From: Raillietiella orientalis
Lineage: Eukaryota
DNA: 64,000 bases
Direction of reading: 5' to 3'
Assembly: GCA_036172245.1 (NCBI GenBank)
Contig: JAYWIR010000002.1
Location: forward strand, 7,068,001-7,132,000
Numbering within the stretch: the first letter of the stretch is position 1; each line of letters starts with the position of its first letter. The translations under genes were made by a program, and so were the position numbers. The notes under the pieces are model-generated. The model saw nothing but the letters and a program-made list of their open reading frames with translations. It made no database searches and was not told the origin of the DNA. This document shows positions 51,701 through 64,000 of the stretch, in pieces.

Positions 51701-52514
51701 TCATGGCCATCCTTCCCTCTGATGTGCTTGCACACAAAAACCATCGGTACAGCGAGATTCCATGTACATGCATGTATGCATGCCATCGATTTCTACACGC
51801 CGGCTGTTTTATCGATTGCGAGGGCAAAAAAGGAAAAGAAAGAAGGAAAAAGAAAAAAAGAAGAGGAGGGGGGGGGGGAGAGAGGAGGAACAAAGAAACC
51901 TTCGCGGAAGGCTCGGTGTCGAGGTCTGAGCTATGCGGAAACGCAGTGGTGTTGCTCCAATTCGCGTGACAGCGGCAGTCCAAAGTTAAACGGTCATGCC
52001 CAGCAGACTCACAGCGCATGATTGAAATTCGTCCAGACTGTACTGAGGCTCGAATCCGGTAGTTTGCAGGGCACGAGAGACCAAAACCACGGTTTCTACG
52101 CCGTACATGTACGCAGACACTGACTGACTGAGAGCTGGTTAATCGGCCGTTGAACATTACGGAGACGACTGGGCACACTTTGCATGCAACTTGGAATGCA
52201 TTTAGTCCTTACATTCCCAACAGATCAATTCATGATTCATTAGAAATTGGCGTTTCAAACACATATGCATCATGTCATTTGTTAGGAAGCAGCCGTCTTT
52301 CTCATAGGAGACACAATTAGTGCATCAGCAAACTTATGTTTCCTATAATATGCCAGGACGTGCAAGTGGCTGGCCCTGCACACTTAACTTTCAGGATTAA
52401 TGGAAAACATGTCGTCACCGGCACCGAGTAATTTGTCCTTCCAACGTGATCAATCCATTTCACAATTTATTTCTCGGAAACTCAAGGTCTGGATGTGCGT
52501 ACGTAAATTGATTT

Positions 52515-55500
52515 CTAATGATATTTATCAATCTTAGAGGACACTGTTTGGGCATCTGGTCTGATTAAATAAACTGCCAGTCTTTGTAATACAGTTAGGA
52601 AAAAGGCTGTTGACATCACTATAACGTAATGGCTTACGGTGAGACCAATCTCCAACCAACTTCCTTCCGTACGGATCAAGAAAAAAAACTCCAATGCCAT
52701 AATGTCTGAGAAGAACAAGATTATCATGAAAATACCACTCAGGTTGAGAGAGATTCTTTGTGCCAGCACTTCACAAGCAGATGCTACCACAATAAATGGG
52801 ATAAAAATTTTAATGAGGAGGAGAATCGCCATTGTGAATGGAGAAAAAACTGTAACAAAATGCAGAACTGTAACAGGATCAAAACTGTTGATGCTGGGAA
52901 TATTTCCTGTTGCAAAAAAACTGAAAAAAATTACGAACATCTTACAAGCATTAAGAAATTTACGTCAGGCAAGAGATACACGAAAAAGGATACGTAATTA
53001 AATCCCTGAAAAACAAGTTTGCTATTTCCTTCCTTCTTTCTTTTTGTTGTGAACATATTACTGAACATCATGTGGTATAAATCGGATTCTGAACCCAGCC
53101 AATCAGATTTCCTTGATGCACATTCCATTTTAATCCAAAGTGAGAGATGCAATGACAGTAAAAGTAAAAAAATTGGTTCATAACTCAGACTTAATAACAA
53201 ATAAGGAGGGAAGAAACATGCAACGCAGAAATAAAATTTTTCTGTGCATTCACAAGACACAATCCAGGGAACAATGACAGATGTCACTAACAAAATAGTT
53301 AGCACACGAAAATTACAATCTCAGCACACTTACATAGAAGCATCCACGAAAAGAAGTGTTCCATTTGTACTGGTATCCAGCCTTGTATTATGAGAAAGGC
53401 AAGCATATTAGCTGCTGCTGCCCATGCCCACATCCAACTCCATTTAGCATTTAACATTAAATCTCTAGAAAATTGCATATGCTAAATGTGAGCTTTCCTT
53501 ATACCCACCTTGCTAGTTTGCAGATAAGACCACTTATAACAAAAAAAGCAGCACCAAATCTACTCTCCTTCATTAAAATACATACAATAGCTCATCAACT
53601 CACACCAAGGATGGATAAATCCAAGTGCCAATAACCGGGAGTAAAGGGAAAATGCTTAGAATAAGACAAGATGCTATCCAAATCGGGTCAGTGGCATAGT
53701 TCTGGAAACTTGGATAAAAAACCAAGAAACTCATAAGTAAGGATAGCGTCCATCGGTAAGAAAATGCTAAGACCTAAAGCACTGTCCTGAAAACTTGCAA
53801 CAGTACAGCTTACTTACCAAAATCTGCACCCCAGATAAGCAAATTGCCAAGGCTATTAGTGACTGCTTCACTGTAGGCCAACACCTGGTCCAGTTGTTAT
53901 GCAAAATGGTTTGCTTCCAGAAGCAGACAGTTATAACCCAAAGTAACACTGGAAGCAAGTAACAAACGTAACTCCACATTTTTGCATGCTGGACTGAGAA
54001 GAAAATTAGTGGAACTGATGGCTGAGGTACTTACAATACAATAGCCCCCAAATGAGAATAACAATAAAGGTGATTAACACTGAACTGGCTACTGAGATAC
54101 GTTTGTTGTCCTTTTTATGAACGTGAATGTGGCTAAGACTTGCATCAAGAATGTTCAAACCCAGATAGCCAATCCATGCTAAGAAAGCCAATGAAGTGGA
54201 AACCAGCTGGAAAGGATGCTGGTAGTTCAGATAATATAGGCGTCCTTGTTTAGCTAAATCACATAATAATTGGCTTTGCTGCATCTATTCACTGCCAAAG
54301 TCATCAACTGAAACCTTCTGATTCACTCACAGCTTTCCTGTATTGTTTCTCGGCTATGAGCTGTTGTATCTGCTCAATTTCATGCTTCAGTTGTTCAGAT
54401 GTTGGAACATGCGCAAAAAAGAATGCATTAAACAAATGCTGCTTCCAATCCATCTCCAGTTGCTCATACTGTTTCAACAACTGCATTGCATTGCTTAGCA
54501 TAGCTGTGGCTTTATGTAGTTCAGAGCTAGACAGGAGAGACAAGGGAAGTATACCCTAAAAACAAATGAAAAGATGTCTTTATGGAAGCAGCCTACATAC
54601 TAGAGAATTTGTAGGAATGGGAACACCCAACAAAGATGAGAAGAAAGGAGCAACATCTACTTGATTAATATGCAACATGTCTGCCACAGTTGAGGTAGGC
54701 TGGCTTTCAGGAAACTGAGAAATCTGAATACCAGCACCCCATGCAATAAATGGGTTATCGGTTTCATCTGGGCTTCCAGCCCCATGTGACCCTAATTTTC
54801 ATTTTGAGTTGTCCATATACATGGATTCCCACTTACCCCAATTTGTCATTCCGTGATCAGCAGTAAGAATATATGATGTCTTTTTGTCATATCGGTAAAA
54901 TTCTTCGATAATTTCATAAACAGATTGAACTCCTTTATCAACTGCTTTGATGCCATTCCAATATTCTCTAAATAATTCTTACTACACTTTGATTTCCAGC
55001 TCCCTTTAATTCATACATAGAAAATGGTTTCTTTATGTGTCCCAGAGTGTCCATAGATAACAAGTGAAGGAAGAATGCTATGCCATTCTGATGCAGCTTC
55101 TGAAAAAGCTCGTCATCTTGATGTGCTGACTTGAAAAAGTGAAGGACTTTATCAAAAACCCAAGTATCCAATTGTGTGGGGTTTGGATCAGCAAAATCAA
55201 TGAATTTCTGATCATAGAAGTCCATAAAAATATGAGAGTTCAAAACCCCTAAAACCATTTGATTAAACAAACTTTGAACTTAAAACATTTTGTACCCAAA
55301 CTCAGAAATTTATAAAAATAAGGCACACAAGATTGCACAGATGTATAACTACAATGAAACATTTTTGCTACTTGCATTAATCATTACAACATAAAATGGG
55401 TGTAGATGTAACTCTATGATTGAATCATTGTGTGCTAAAATGCCTTTCTTTTTCCTAAAAGAAAATGACAATAATGCAAATATGTTTGTGACATGGTCAT

Positions 55501-56140
55501 AAAATATTATAGCAGTTTTAACATATATGATAGGTTTTGCTATCTTTAAGCTGTTGTCACTACTGTGAAAATCAAATATATAGACGCAAAGAACATAAAA
55601 ACAGAAAACTCAAGAGTCCAAATCAAAGAAATATATACTAATATGACACCTGGAGAAAATATCTGCAGTATCTCTGGACTGCCCCAGGCCCATGTAAATT
55701 TACTCTGATTAAAAACGGAGTCGAATTCTATTGGATTGTGCTTCCATCCCCTAGCTATAGCAGCAGGATCTTCTGGCACTCCAGCTAATAAGGCTACATG
55801 ACCTGGTCGAGATTCCGTGGGTACACTACTGTGGCAAACACGGTGGGCCCCGAGGTGACTTATGTTCCTGAAATTCCGGATCGAATGAATATATGGAAAA
55901 AAATGAACGCCTCAACTTTAGGAATGATGCATGATTGGATTCATTTCCAATATAATTATAGAAATGATCCATCCGCAATCCATCTGCCACCATGAACACA
56001 ACTCTTGATGAAGGTGCATCTTGTATCATGTCGTTTGCTGGTAACCCTGGGATGATGGGTGACTTAAAGTAAATTTCGAAGGTAATGAGAAAAAACAGGA
56101 TGTGCAAGGTCAAGGTCCACAGTTCCACGGAAACTCTCAT
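52515..56140 (-). CDS. PIGN: GPI ethanolamine phosphate transferase 1
   Basis: Thirteen phase-consistent exons: 56140-55917, 55867-55650, 55248-55017, 54967-54837, 54791-54601, 54555-54331, 54284-54035, 53993-53818, 53773-53604, 53559-53509, 53464-53334, 53286-52994 and 52940-52515. Motifs include [77 protein letters not shown] and EGSWLEIG. Minus-strand AATAAA lies at 52471-52466. Confidence 0.96.
52941..52993 (-). other. U12-type (minor spliceosome) GT-AG intron, 53 nt, last intron of PIGN
   Basis: The intron reads GTATCCTTTttcgtgtatctcttgcctgacgtaaaTTTCTTAATgcttgtaAG. It has a full U12 5' consensus and a U12-like branch site with As at -12/-11. Its removal is needed to join FQGFNY to MFVIFF in frame. 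Confidence 0.85.
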
Positions 56141-59100
56141 ATTTTTCCAAAGAGCAATCTGCTTTCTAGTTCACATACTGATACAGGATCCACGTACGTT
56201 GCGCAGGCCCATCACATGGAACGAGCTAATCCTGAAATGATAAATCGGCATTTCTGAAGGAAGAGAACTCTCCGCTCATCCGAAGGCACACGCAGTACCA
56301 CATCACAAGAAAGGCAGGTTTACAAATCACTCCTTTGCGATCCGTTTCAACGTTCTCATAGCAATTTTTATTTGTAACTCACAGTTATCATCCACACTTG
56401 TATATTCTACAATACCCATCCACTTTACACGAACTTTCATCTAGGATAGCCAGCTGTTATTTCTCCAAAAAACGAATAAAACTGCAGAAAGTGATCTAAC
56501 AACTAAAATTAAAAAGATGGAAACAACCACACCCTTTAGTATGAGCTTCGTTATATCAGGCTAGTTATATTTATTTCCTCCTGGAATTAGTAGCAGTCAT
56601 TCTGATTACTAAGAGCTACTGATATAAATTTTCCATAGCTGCTTTCTAAATTAATTTCTTTGCTGGTTCCACGTACAACATTGATATTTTCTTTTTCGTT
56701 GATTTGCACATGGTCACGTAGCAAAATACAATTCCAGTTCTTCAGTCTTTTCTAGACAATTAAAGACTTAATTTCAACTAGAGAGTCATATTTTCAAAAT
56801 GGATCAGATGACTCTTAGAAGACATTTCTGCCATCGCTTCTTTATGAAAAAACGTAATTCTAACGCAGCCATTTTTCCTTTGCAAAATACATTTCGTTCT
56901 AACATTCTGATCACATGAACTATGATGAAGCATTGTATACAGTGTTCACAGAAGTGTTTACAGAAGTTTCACCTAAAAAATTAAGGCTAATTTTACTACA
57001 TTTACTTCAAATGTCTAACTGAAACTTTGGTAAATAGGAATATTATTTTGTTTTCTATTTTTTAACAAATCTATCAGATTGTTGGAATTATTCTCTGAGG
57101 TATTACCAAACTCATATTATGGAATATCTTTGTGTGCTCTTTAAAATACTTCCCTATTAATTGCTTTGTTTAACAGATTTAGGAGAGTTTTCAAAGTATT
57201 TTTGGAAAAATTCGGGACCAAACTAGATCTCGTTGTGTTTCATATTAGTTATAATTACTACAGTCTCTGAAATCTTTTTATGCTGAAAGCACGAAGCAAT
57301 TCAGTTGTGAAATGTGAGAAATTCAGTGTGAAATTCAGGATGAAAGAGAAACGAAACCCTCTAAAAGGCGATCGAAAGTTTTTCTTTCATGAAGATCGAA
57401 AACTGATTCCATCTTTTTCAATGTATCTTTTGCTTCAGTCATCTTCGGATCGTTTGAAAAAGGCCGTGCTTCCGCTAGCACTCAGGAGATAACAGTCAGA
57501 CGGATCTTTGCGATGATCTTATGTTATGGAATGCTCTGCAGATCAAGAAACTGTTTGGCATCATTTTTCCCTACAGGCGATCATTTTTCTAGGAGGGGTC
57601 TCCACCAGATCGGCCAAAACACTTTATTCTTCAGGTTTCCTTTTGTACCTCAGTCGGAAGATGCTCGTTCAAACACCTGGGACGTGAAGCGATGCTTTTT
57701 TTTTTATTTTCTTTTTTCAAAGAAAAATTTCTGCATTTCTTCCTTGTGCATTTCATGAACATGTACGACACTTGGTACAAACCGTACTTCCCTTTTAATT
57801 TATTCGGAACTTGTTCCTTGTCACGCAAAGCCGCTAACTCCTTCCGGTCATACTAACGTGGGGTTTTTCGACTTCGGCGTCGCACTCCCGATGCATGCAA
57901 GGAGTGCATCTCATTGGCGGAGACTTCATTTGAGACTTCAGGAGTTTTCACCATTTGCAGTGAAGTTTTCACGGCTTTCATCCCACCTCTCCCATATGAC
58001 CGAGGAGCATCGCCTTCTTCTGCAACGGTCAGCCGATTAAGCACCTTAAAATTTAAGCTCTGTTTAGGGTGCTTCCGACGACAAGGCTCCGGCAACAAAA
58101 CGATGCACCTGACTTGTGCCCGAGAAGAACCCCCTCCGGGAGCGCGGGCAAAGAGAGCTTCCTTGAATTCTTCCTGGGAATCCGGAATTGAGCGCGGAAG
58201 AGGGAGATGAGCTTCCGGTTCTCGGCTGCGAGGTCTGCTCGGCTCGTCGTCAGGGAAACGATCGGCATTCGTGTCCCTCAAAGTCGAGTGAGCATGCTAC
58301 TGGGAACCCTGTGGGGGACGAAGAGAAGATTCTCTCCCTTCCGGGGAAACGCTCGGGCAAAGGGGGAAGAGCATCCCGCAGCTTCACGGTCGTTGCGTCG
58401 CCGCAGCAACTGTTTTCAGGAAGCAGGAGTGACCGGGATGGATCCCCCCCTTTCCCCCCAGTCAACGGATGGCACCGCTGACGTTTCTTCTTGCGCTTCC
58501 GGAAATTTGCATCGGCCGCCTTCCGCAGTCGGTAGATCCTCCTGTTCTCATCCCTTTGCGACCGTTGGCAAGGTAGGCGACACGCGAAGCATCCAAACCA
58601 GTACCGCGCGGTCTTCTTCCTCAGGAACTCACGTGGTCGGCCCATCTGCCTCAATGCTGAGCCCGGGGTGGGAGGCTCCTGCTCCCCTCTCCCTGGGGTG
58701 CTTGCTGGCCTTCAAGCCCACCCCAGGGTGCGGTGGCCTTCCGCTGCCCATGGGAACCACCCGAACTCCCGCGCGCGCCGTGGCCTTGGCAACGGGATGC
58801 AAAGACGAAGCGATGCGTTTCCTCCTGCCGTCTTCGCTCTTCGTTTTTTCCACTGATCTTCCAGAGTTCCTCGGTAGAGGGCGGTGGCCCAACTGGTGTT
58901 CCCAGAAACATCACATCCTCGAGCGCACCACCTCTTTCCCACCGCTCTTCCGGTGCCGCCGCTGCCGCCTGTCGAGGTCGCACGGGCGAATCCGACCAGC
59001 GATGCGCGCGAATCGAGAGGATCGCGTCCGTCGTCGCGTCAGAGATGCACGGTGGGTGGCAAGGCACGACCTGGTCTTCCGCCGATGTGGATGTTCCTTC

Positions 59101-59550
59101 CACGAGGGATGGGAGCGCGCCGCCTTGAGCTGTGTTGCGATTGAGCTAACCTGGAGGTTCGTCGGGCGCGTTTCGGCTGTTGATCGCCCCAACGTCGCCG
59201 CCTGGGGTCCCTTATCTTCCCGACGTTCCTCTTCACTTGGATTCGCCTAGAATGGTGGCCCCTGCACCGTCCACATGCTTTCGGCGGCGCTGCTGGTTGT
59301 CATGCGCGTCTCGCCAATGGCCTCCGGGGAGTGAAGTTCCCGATATCCGAATGCGCCCGCGACTCCTTCAGCGGCTTTCTCAACACCCACGTAACGTCCT
59401 GTGGGATTAAAGGTCTTGTAGTGAAGGATGCAGAGAGGTTATCAATTAGAATAGCTGTCAGCACGAAGTCATCAGGCTAGATAGACTCGGTAAGCCTGAT
59501 TTATCACCATAATTATTAGTTTGCCTGCCTTCATGATGCATTACATAATA

Positions 59551-59864
59551 CAGTGGCACTCGTCGGCAATTCGTTCCGTAACTCGTGACGAGTGCCGAAA
59601 CCGACGAGTACCCAACGAGTTCCTTTCTAGGCTCGGTGGTATCATTTTTAACCAGTGTAGGACCCATGATCAACGCACAGAAATGCTCAGAGAGCACGAA
59701 AAAGGGAAACGATTCGGGAGGCACTCTATGGAAGTATTCGCTGGCACTGTTCGCGTGAGACGAAAGCGTTCGCTTGTTCCGTCGCGGTGTCGAGTTCCGA
59801 GCATGCGCCGAGTGTCGAAGCATTTTTGACGAGTTCCGACACCGCGAGTAACGAGGTACCACTG
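59551..59864. mobile_element. Non-autonomous pogo/Tigger-like (Tc1/mariner superfamily) MITE, 314 bp
   Basis: The element reads TA|CAGTGGCACTCGT...ACGAGGTACCACTG|TA, with imperfect terminal inverted repeats and a TA target-site duplication at 59549-50 and 59865-66. Both ends carry subterminal palindromes, and there is no transposase ORF. Confidence 0.75.
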
Positions 59865-62800
59865 TATGTCTTTTACTGGTCGTGCGGCGCTACTTGTTAA
59901 TGGATGTCGGTCCCGCCTTCTCGAAAGTTCTTAGCCGTTGGTCGGGCACTGTGGAAAAAAAAGGTTTTTTATGCACCCACGAGTTGATCAGGGAGCAACC
60001 GTGATTCATTATGGAGATCTCTTTTGCAATGTTTTATGGATGGGTGCACTTTGGAAAAGAATCTTTTTTCGTTTTTCTTCACCTGTTCACATGAGTTGTT
60101 TATTGTCAATGAAACAGTCGTAGGAGCTTTTCCTCCGTCGCGGGAGTTCAATCCCGCTAATCGGGGAAATCTCGGAAGATGCCGCTGCTCGGTGTAGTCG
60201 CCGGAAGAGGTCCGCGCAGGGAAATTAGGGGAAGGGGGAGAAAAAAATAAACTAATATTAAACAGAAAAAGTACTAAGATGTTGGGGGATGGGTGAGGGA
60301 AAGGTTCACAGGCTGTTCCCTGATGGCCTCTGTATCCTCTCAAGGATTCCGGCGAGTTCCTCCTGGTTGTGCGCCCGCCTCAGGTGCGGCCATCTCTCCG
60401 CGATCCTTGGGAATGGGAAGACAAAGAAGATGGCTTCCTGGTTGTTCTGGCTTCTGTGGTCAGGACTTTCAGCAGCCAAGATGCAGCACAGAGCTGCAAT
60501 CGCCGCGGCAGGCGACATCCCGCCGCGCGTGAAGAGACGTCTGAATGAGGCCTTCGGGCGGTCTTCTGGGAAGTTCAGGAACGTGGTTAGACGTGCTCCA
60601 CACAACCAGAGGGCAGTGCACTCCGCCGACAAGTCCTGCCACTTCAGAAGAAGCTCAGAGATGGGAAAGATCTTTGGACGAACCGATTGTTCCTTTAAGT
60701 GTTGGTATGCTCCGCTGATATTCAATACCGGAACGTCTTCTTCTCCTACGATGTGGATGCTTTTGCTCACGTCTCTTGGTCTGAAGTGCAAGGGCAACGT
60801 CATTTTCTGGAATTGGCTTACTGACTGTTTCGAGTCATGAAGCTCAGGAACGAGCTTGCGGCGATGGCGGTGCAAGACATCTGCCGACCCTGCTTCCTGA
60901 ACACCAGGTCACTTGCCTATGCTGGAATCTTTTCTTTGGGCTCCTGTCGTTCGTCGAATTGATCCGGTTGCCATCTTGAATAGCAGGGACCTAGGGGGGC
61001 ATCTGTTTTGCCCTTTGAATCATATGCATCTTTCCGATGATTGGCACAAATGCGTATGCATTTGCATGCAAGTTTTTGACCATGTTTTCGAACTCGTTGA
61101 CTCCGATTCATCTCAGGGCCCTGAGGGAACGTTCCAAATGTGTCCTCTAGATCGAAGAATGCAGCACCATAGGTCCCATGAGAATGTGTCAGCGCCGTCG
61201 CTCCTTATTTGTCTAAACGAATCCTGTTCCAGGGATCCATCATGTGGGATAAATCCCTTCTGCTGAGGGCACATGACCTCATCGTCCGGAAGCCATTCCT
61301 CGAAGTTTTCTAGAGGCATCTTGCACAGAGATGGTTGCAACTGCCAGCTGACACGGGGATCGACAATCCTTTCCAACGCTGAGGTCGACTTCGAGGATAG
61401 GGCTGTCCTTGGATGCTTCTGGTGCGCTTTCGCTCTCCTGAACCTGAAGCACGTTTTAAAGATGTCTGCCAGAATTGCTGCCTTTGGATCCACCCAGTTT
61501 CAGCCGTTATAGAGAATCTCATCGGATTCTGACTTGATGTGGCGTAGACGAAAATTCTTTTCTTCCTGAAGTATGCGGATGCAAACTGAGAAGACGGATA
61601 CGCTCCTTCCACTCTTGATGTTTTCCGGCATCGATTTTTTTCGAAGGTGTGGGCACTCTCGCAGTTCTGAGGAAGTGTAGTGCTCTCCCTCTTGCGCGCT
61701 ACCCTGCAGTTCGCGCCCGTTGACCCCAGGATCGCTCTTCTGTGATTGATTCTGCACAACCTTAGCGTTTCGCAGAGGTTCTTTCGACCCAGATGACCCC
61801 CTCTTGGCACGGTTCTGGCAGACTTCGTTTTAGGGACACCGCAAACATTAGCATTCATGGAGGCGGCCCGTTTTCCAAGCTGTCCCAACCTTCGTCCCCC
61901 GAAATTTAATTTCATTCTTCCATTTAAAGAATTATCCTTTTGGTTCCCGCTTTGAAGTCTTGAACTTTCGTCCCATCCGTTTTGCTGTGGGTCGCAATTT
62001 TGGGCTGGTCTTTTCGCTTCCTGTTTCCGGATGCACCTCATCTGTCGGTTCCATTTTCCGCCCACCCTAACCAGCCTCCCTCATTTCTTTCCTGTCGAAC
62101 GCCTCGATCCAAGTCATCCAGATGAACGATTGGCGTCTCTTGACTCTGCTCCATACTCTTGCCATAGTCCATCTTGCCCCTTGGAGTCGATGTCTTGTAG
62201 GACATGCGCAGTAGACAGATTTTATGAGCCCGGGATCAGGAGAAAAACACCGGATTTTCTCACACGGCATCTCCCTCCGTTCCCGATTCCCTCTTCCTCA
62301 TTCAAGGCCTTTTTTCCCCTGCACCCGTAACGATCGAGAAGCTCTTTCGACTCCTTCCAAACATGCACCCACTGATTCTTGCGAGGTATTCGAACCTCTT
62401 CCCTCTGAGACTCCGGATCGTATCGTGTTCCTTCTAGTTCTTCTTTCACGTGGCCGGCATGCATGCTTTTCCCCAATGCCCTCCTGTTGGCAAATCACAT
62501 TTCGCATTCCCGACCCGCTGTATCCCTATTCCCATGTGCACGGGGTGCATGCTAGCTCTGCTAGGGCTACTCCGTTGGGCTCGTACCCATCATACCCAGT
62601 GTTTTCTTCCTGTGGCGCATGCTACGCATACCGTGCACGCGTGTTTCGATCTTGACTTCGTTTCGCGTGCTCATTTGCGGAAATGTGTCCCTTCGGTGCC
62701 TTGCTCCTATCCTCTTACCTAGTTGTTGAATGCAAGCAGAAGACCTCGAACGAGCAGGCTTGAGGCGACGCTGGCGTAGAAATGTGGAGCCGTTTCCATG

Positions 62801-64000
62801 TTTTTAATCGGTCCATCTTTGCTCACGTATTTTCTTCCTGTTCTGTCTGCAGTGCTGGCACTCTGTACGCGTTCCCGGTCTTCCGTTCTCCCGAAAAAAC
62901 TTGCGAAGCGTTCCGGAACGCCTTAGCGCGCCTCTGTTCTTCTGTCCGTTGGATGCTCCGTCGAGAAACCTCGGTTTGGGCCTTCGTCACGGGAAGAGAA
63001 ATGTATGGCTCCCCCCAGTCGTCAAGTCCAGGAGCTTCTCGTGAACCTGCGCAAGCGGCGTTTCTGCAGATGGTGGCACTCCGGCGACTTTTAGAGTTTC
63101 CGCCCTTGTTCGGGGAGCGCAGGAGTCCTCCCCAAGTCGCTTCCGGGGGAACCTTCCTCAGGCGTCCCGATATCGAAGCGAGGCTCGGTGAGTAGGAGTG
63201 ACCGCTCCTGGCTGGCTGGATGACCATCCGGAGACACATGCTTTTGGATTGGGCAGTAGGGCTAGGCTGGGTTCCGGGAATCCGCCTCCTTCCGCCTACG
63301 CAAGTTGGACCAGCGGCTGCGCTAAAGAGCAGACTGCTCCCTGCTTGATTGTTCCTCGCAACATTTGGATTTTTGTTCTCTTTCTTTCTGCAGAACGGGG
63401 ACGGGGCTCTACTGAGATGGAGGCATTCGCGCGGAGGTGCCGGTTTATCGATCCAGGCCGTTCTTCTCTTCCCCCTCTCCCCTTTCTTTCTCTTGCAGGG
63501 TTTCGCTAGAAACACTCTTGAAGCTTTGCGCCGGAGGAGTTTGCGAGGTCCCTGAGGGTCAGGTAGCGAGCCTACGCGGCCCATCAGTGGTCCTGGGATG
63601 AATGCCATCCTCGCGTTGCTCCGTCTGGACAGCGAAACGAGGTTTTCCCTACAGCGAGCACCCAATGAGGGGGAGGAACCCCTTCTTCCGGGTAAAGGAT
63701 AACTTTTTTACCAAGCAACCGTTCCCAGAGCCTCCGGAAGAGGCGTTTTGCGTGAATTCCGCGGGGAGGGTGATCCCGCCCGTAGGTGTCCATCCAGGAA
63801 CGTCAGCGGTGGATGAGAGATGACTCGGGAAGAGGATGCAGTCCCGGAGTGCTCCAGGGAATTCATCCTCCCACTCCGGGACGCGAATGCAAGATGTGCG
63901 AGGAAGAGCTGGGTCAACCGGGGGTGGAGTCTTCGGGATGGAAGGGGGAGGGGGCGTCTTCGGTTTCGGGGAGGAAGAGGTGGGGACAGAGGTTTGAGGG

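Overview
Eukaryotic animal genomic DNA, most likely from an arthropod, inferred from a luna-type KLF6/7 N-terminus and a Drat-type ADH-like gene. Most ORFs in the supplied track are artefacts of GC-rich low-complexity sequence. By manual splicing I can support five conserved protein-coding genes. They are a KLF6/7 (luna) transcription factor (minus strand, 3' exons outside the window), DENND6 (minus), C7orf25/UPF0415 (plus), a Drat-like MDR/ADH-fold protein (plus) and PIGN (minus). There is also a small gene weakly resembling C20orf85 with a candidate 9-nt micro-exon, one tRNA-Gln(TTG), a 41-bp minisatellite and a 314-bp TA-flanked pogo/Tigger-like MITE. Four things stand out. (1) Most introns are only about 40-50 nt. 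(2) PIGN contains a 53-nt intron with U12-type (minor spliceosome) signals. (3) The window is a sharp mosaic of GC/CpG-rich domains holding regulated genes and AT-rich, CpG-poor domains holding housekeeping genes, which resembles a gene-body methylation footprint. (4) The KLF gene has a uORF- and repeat-laden leader and a 39-aa His-rich tract. I found no convincing wholly new multi-gene system. All family calls come from recalled motifs, not database searches.
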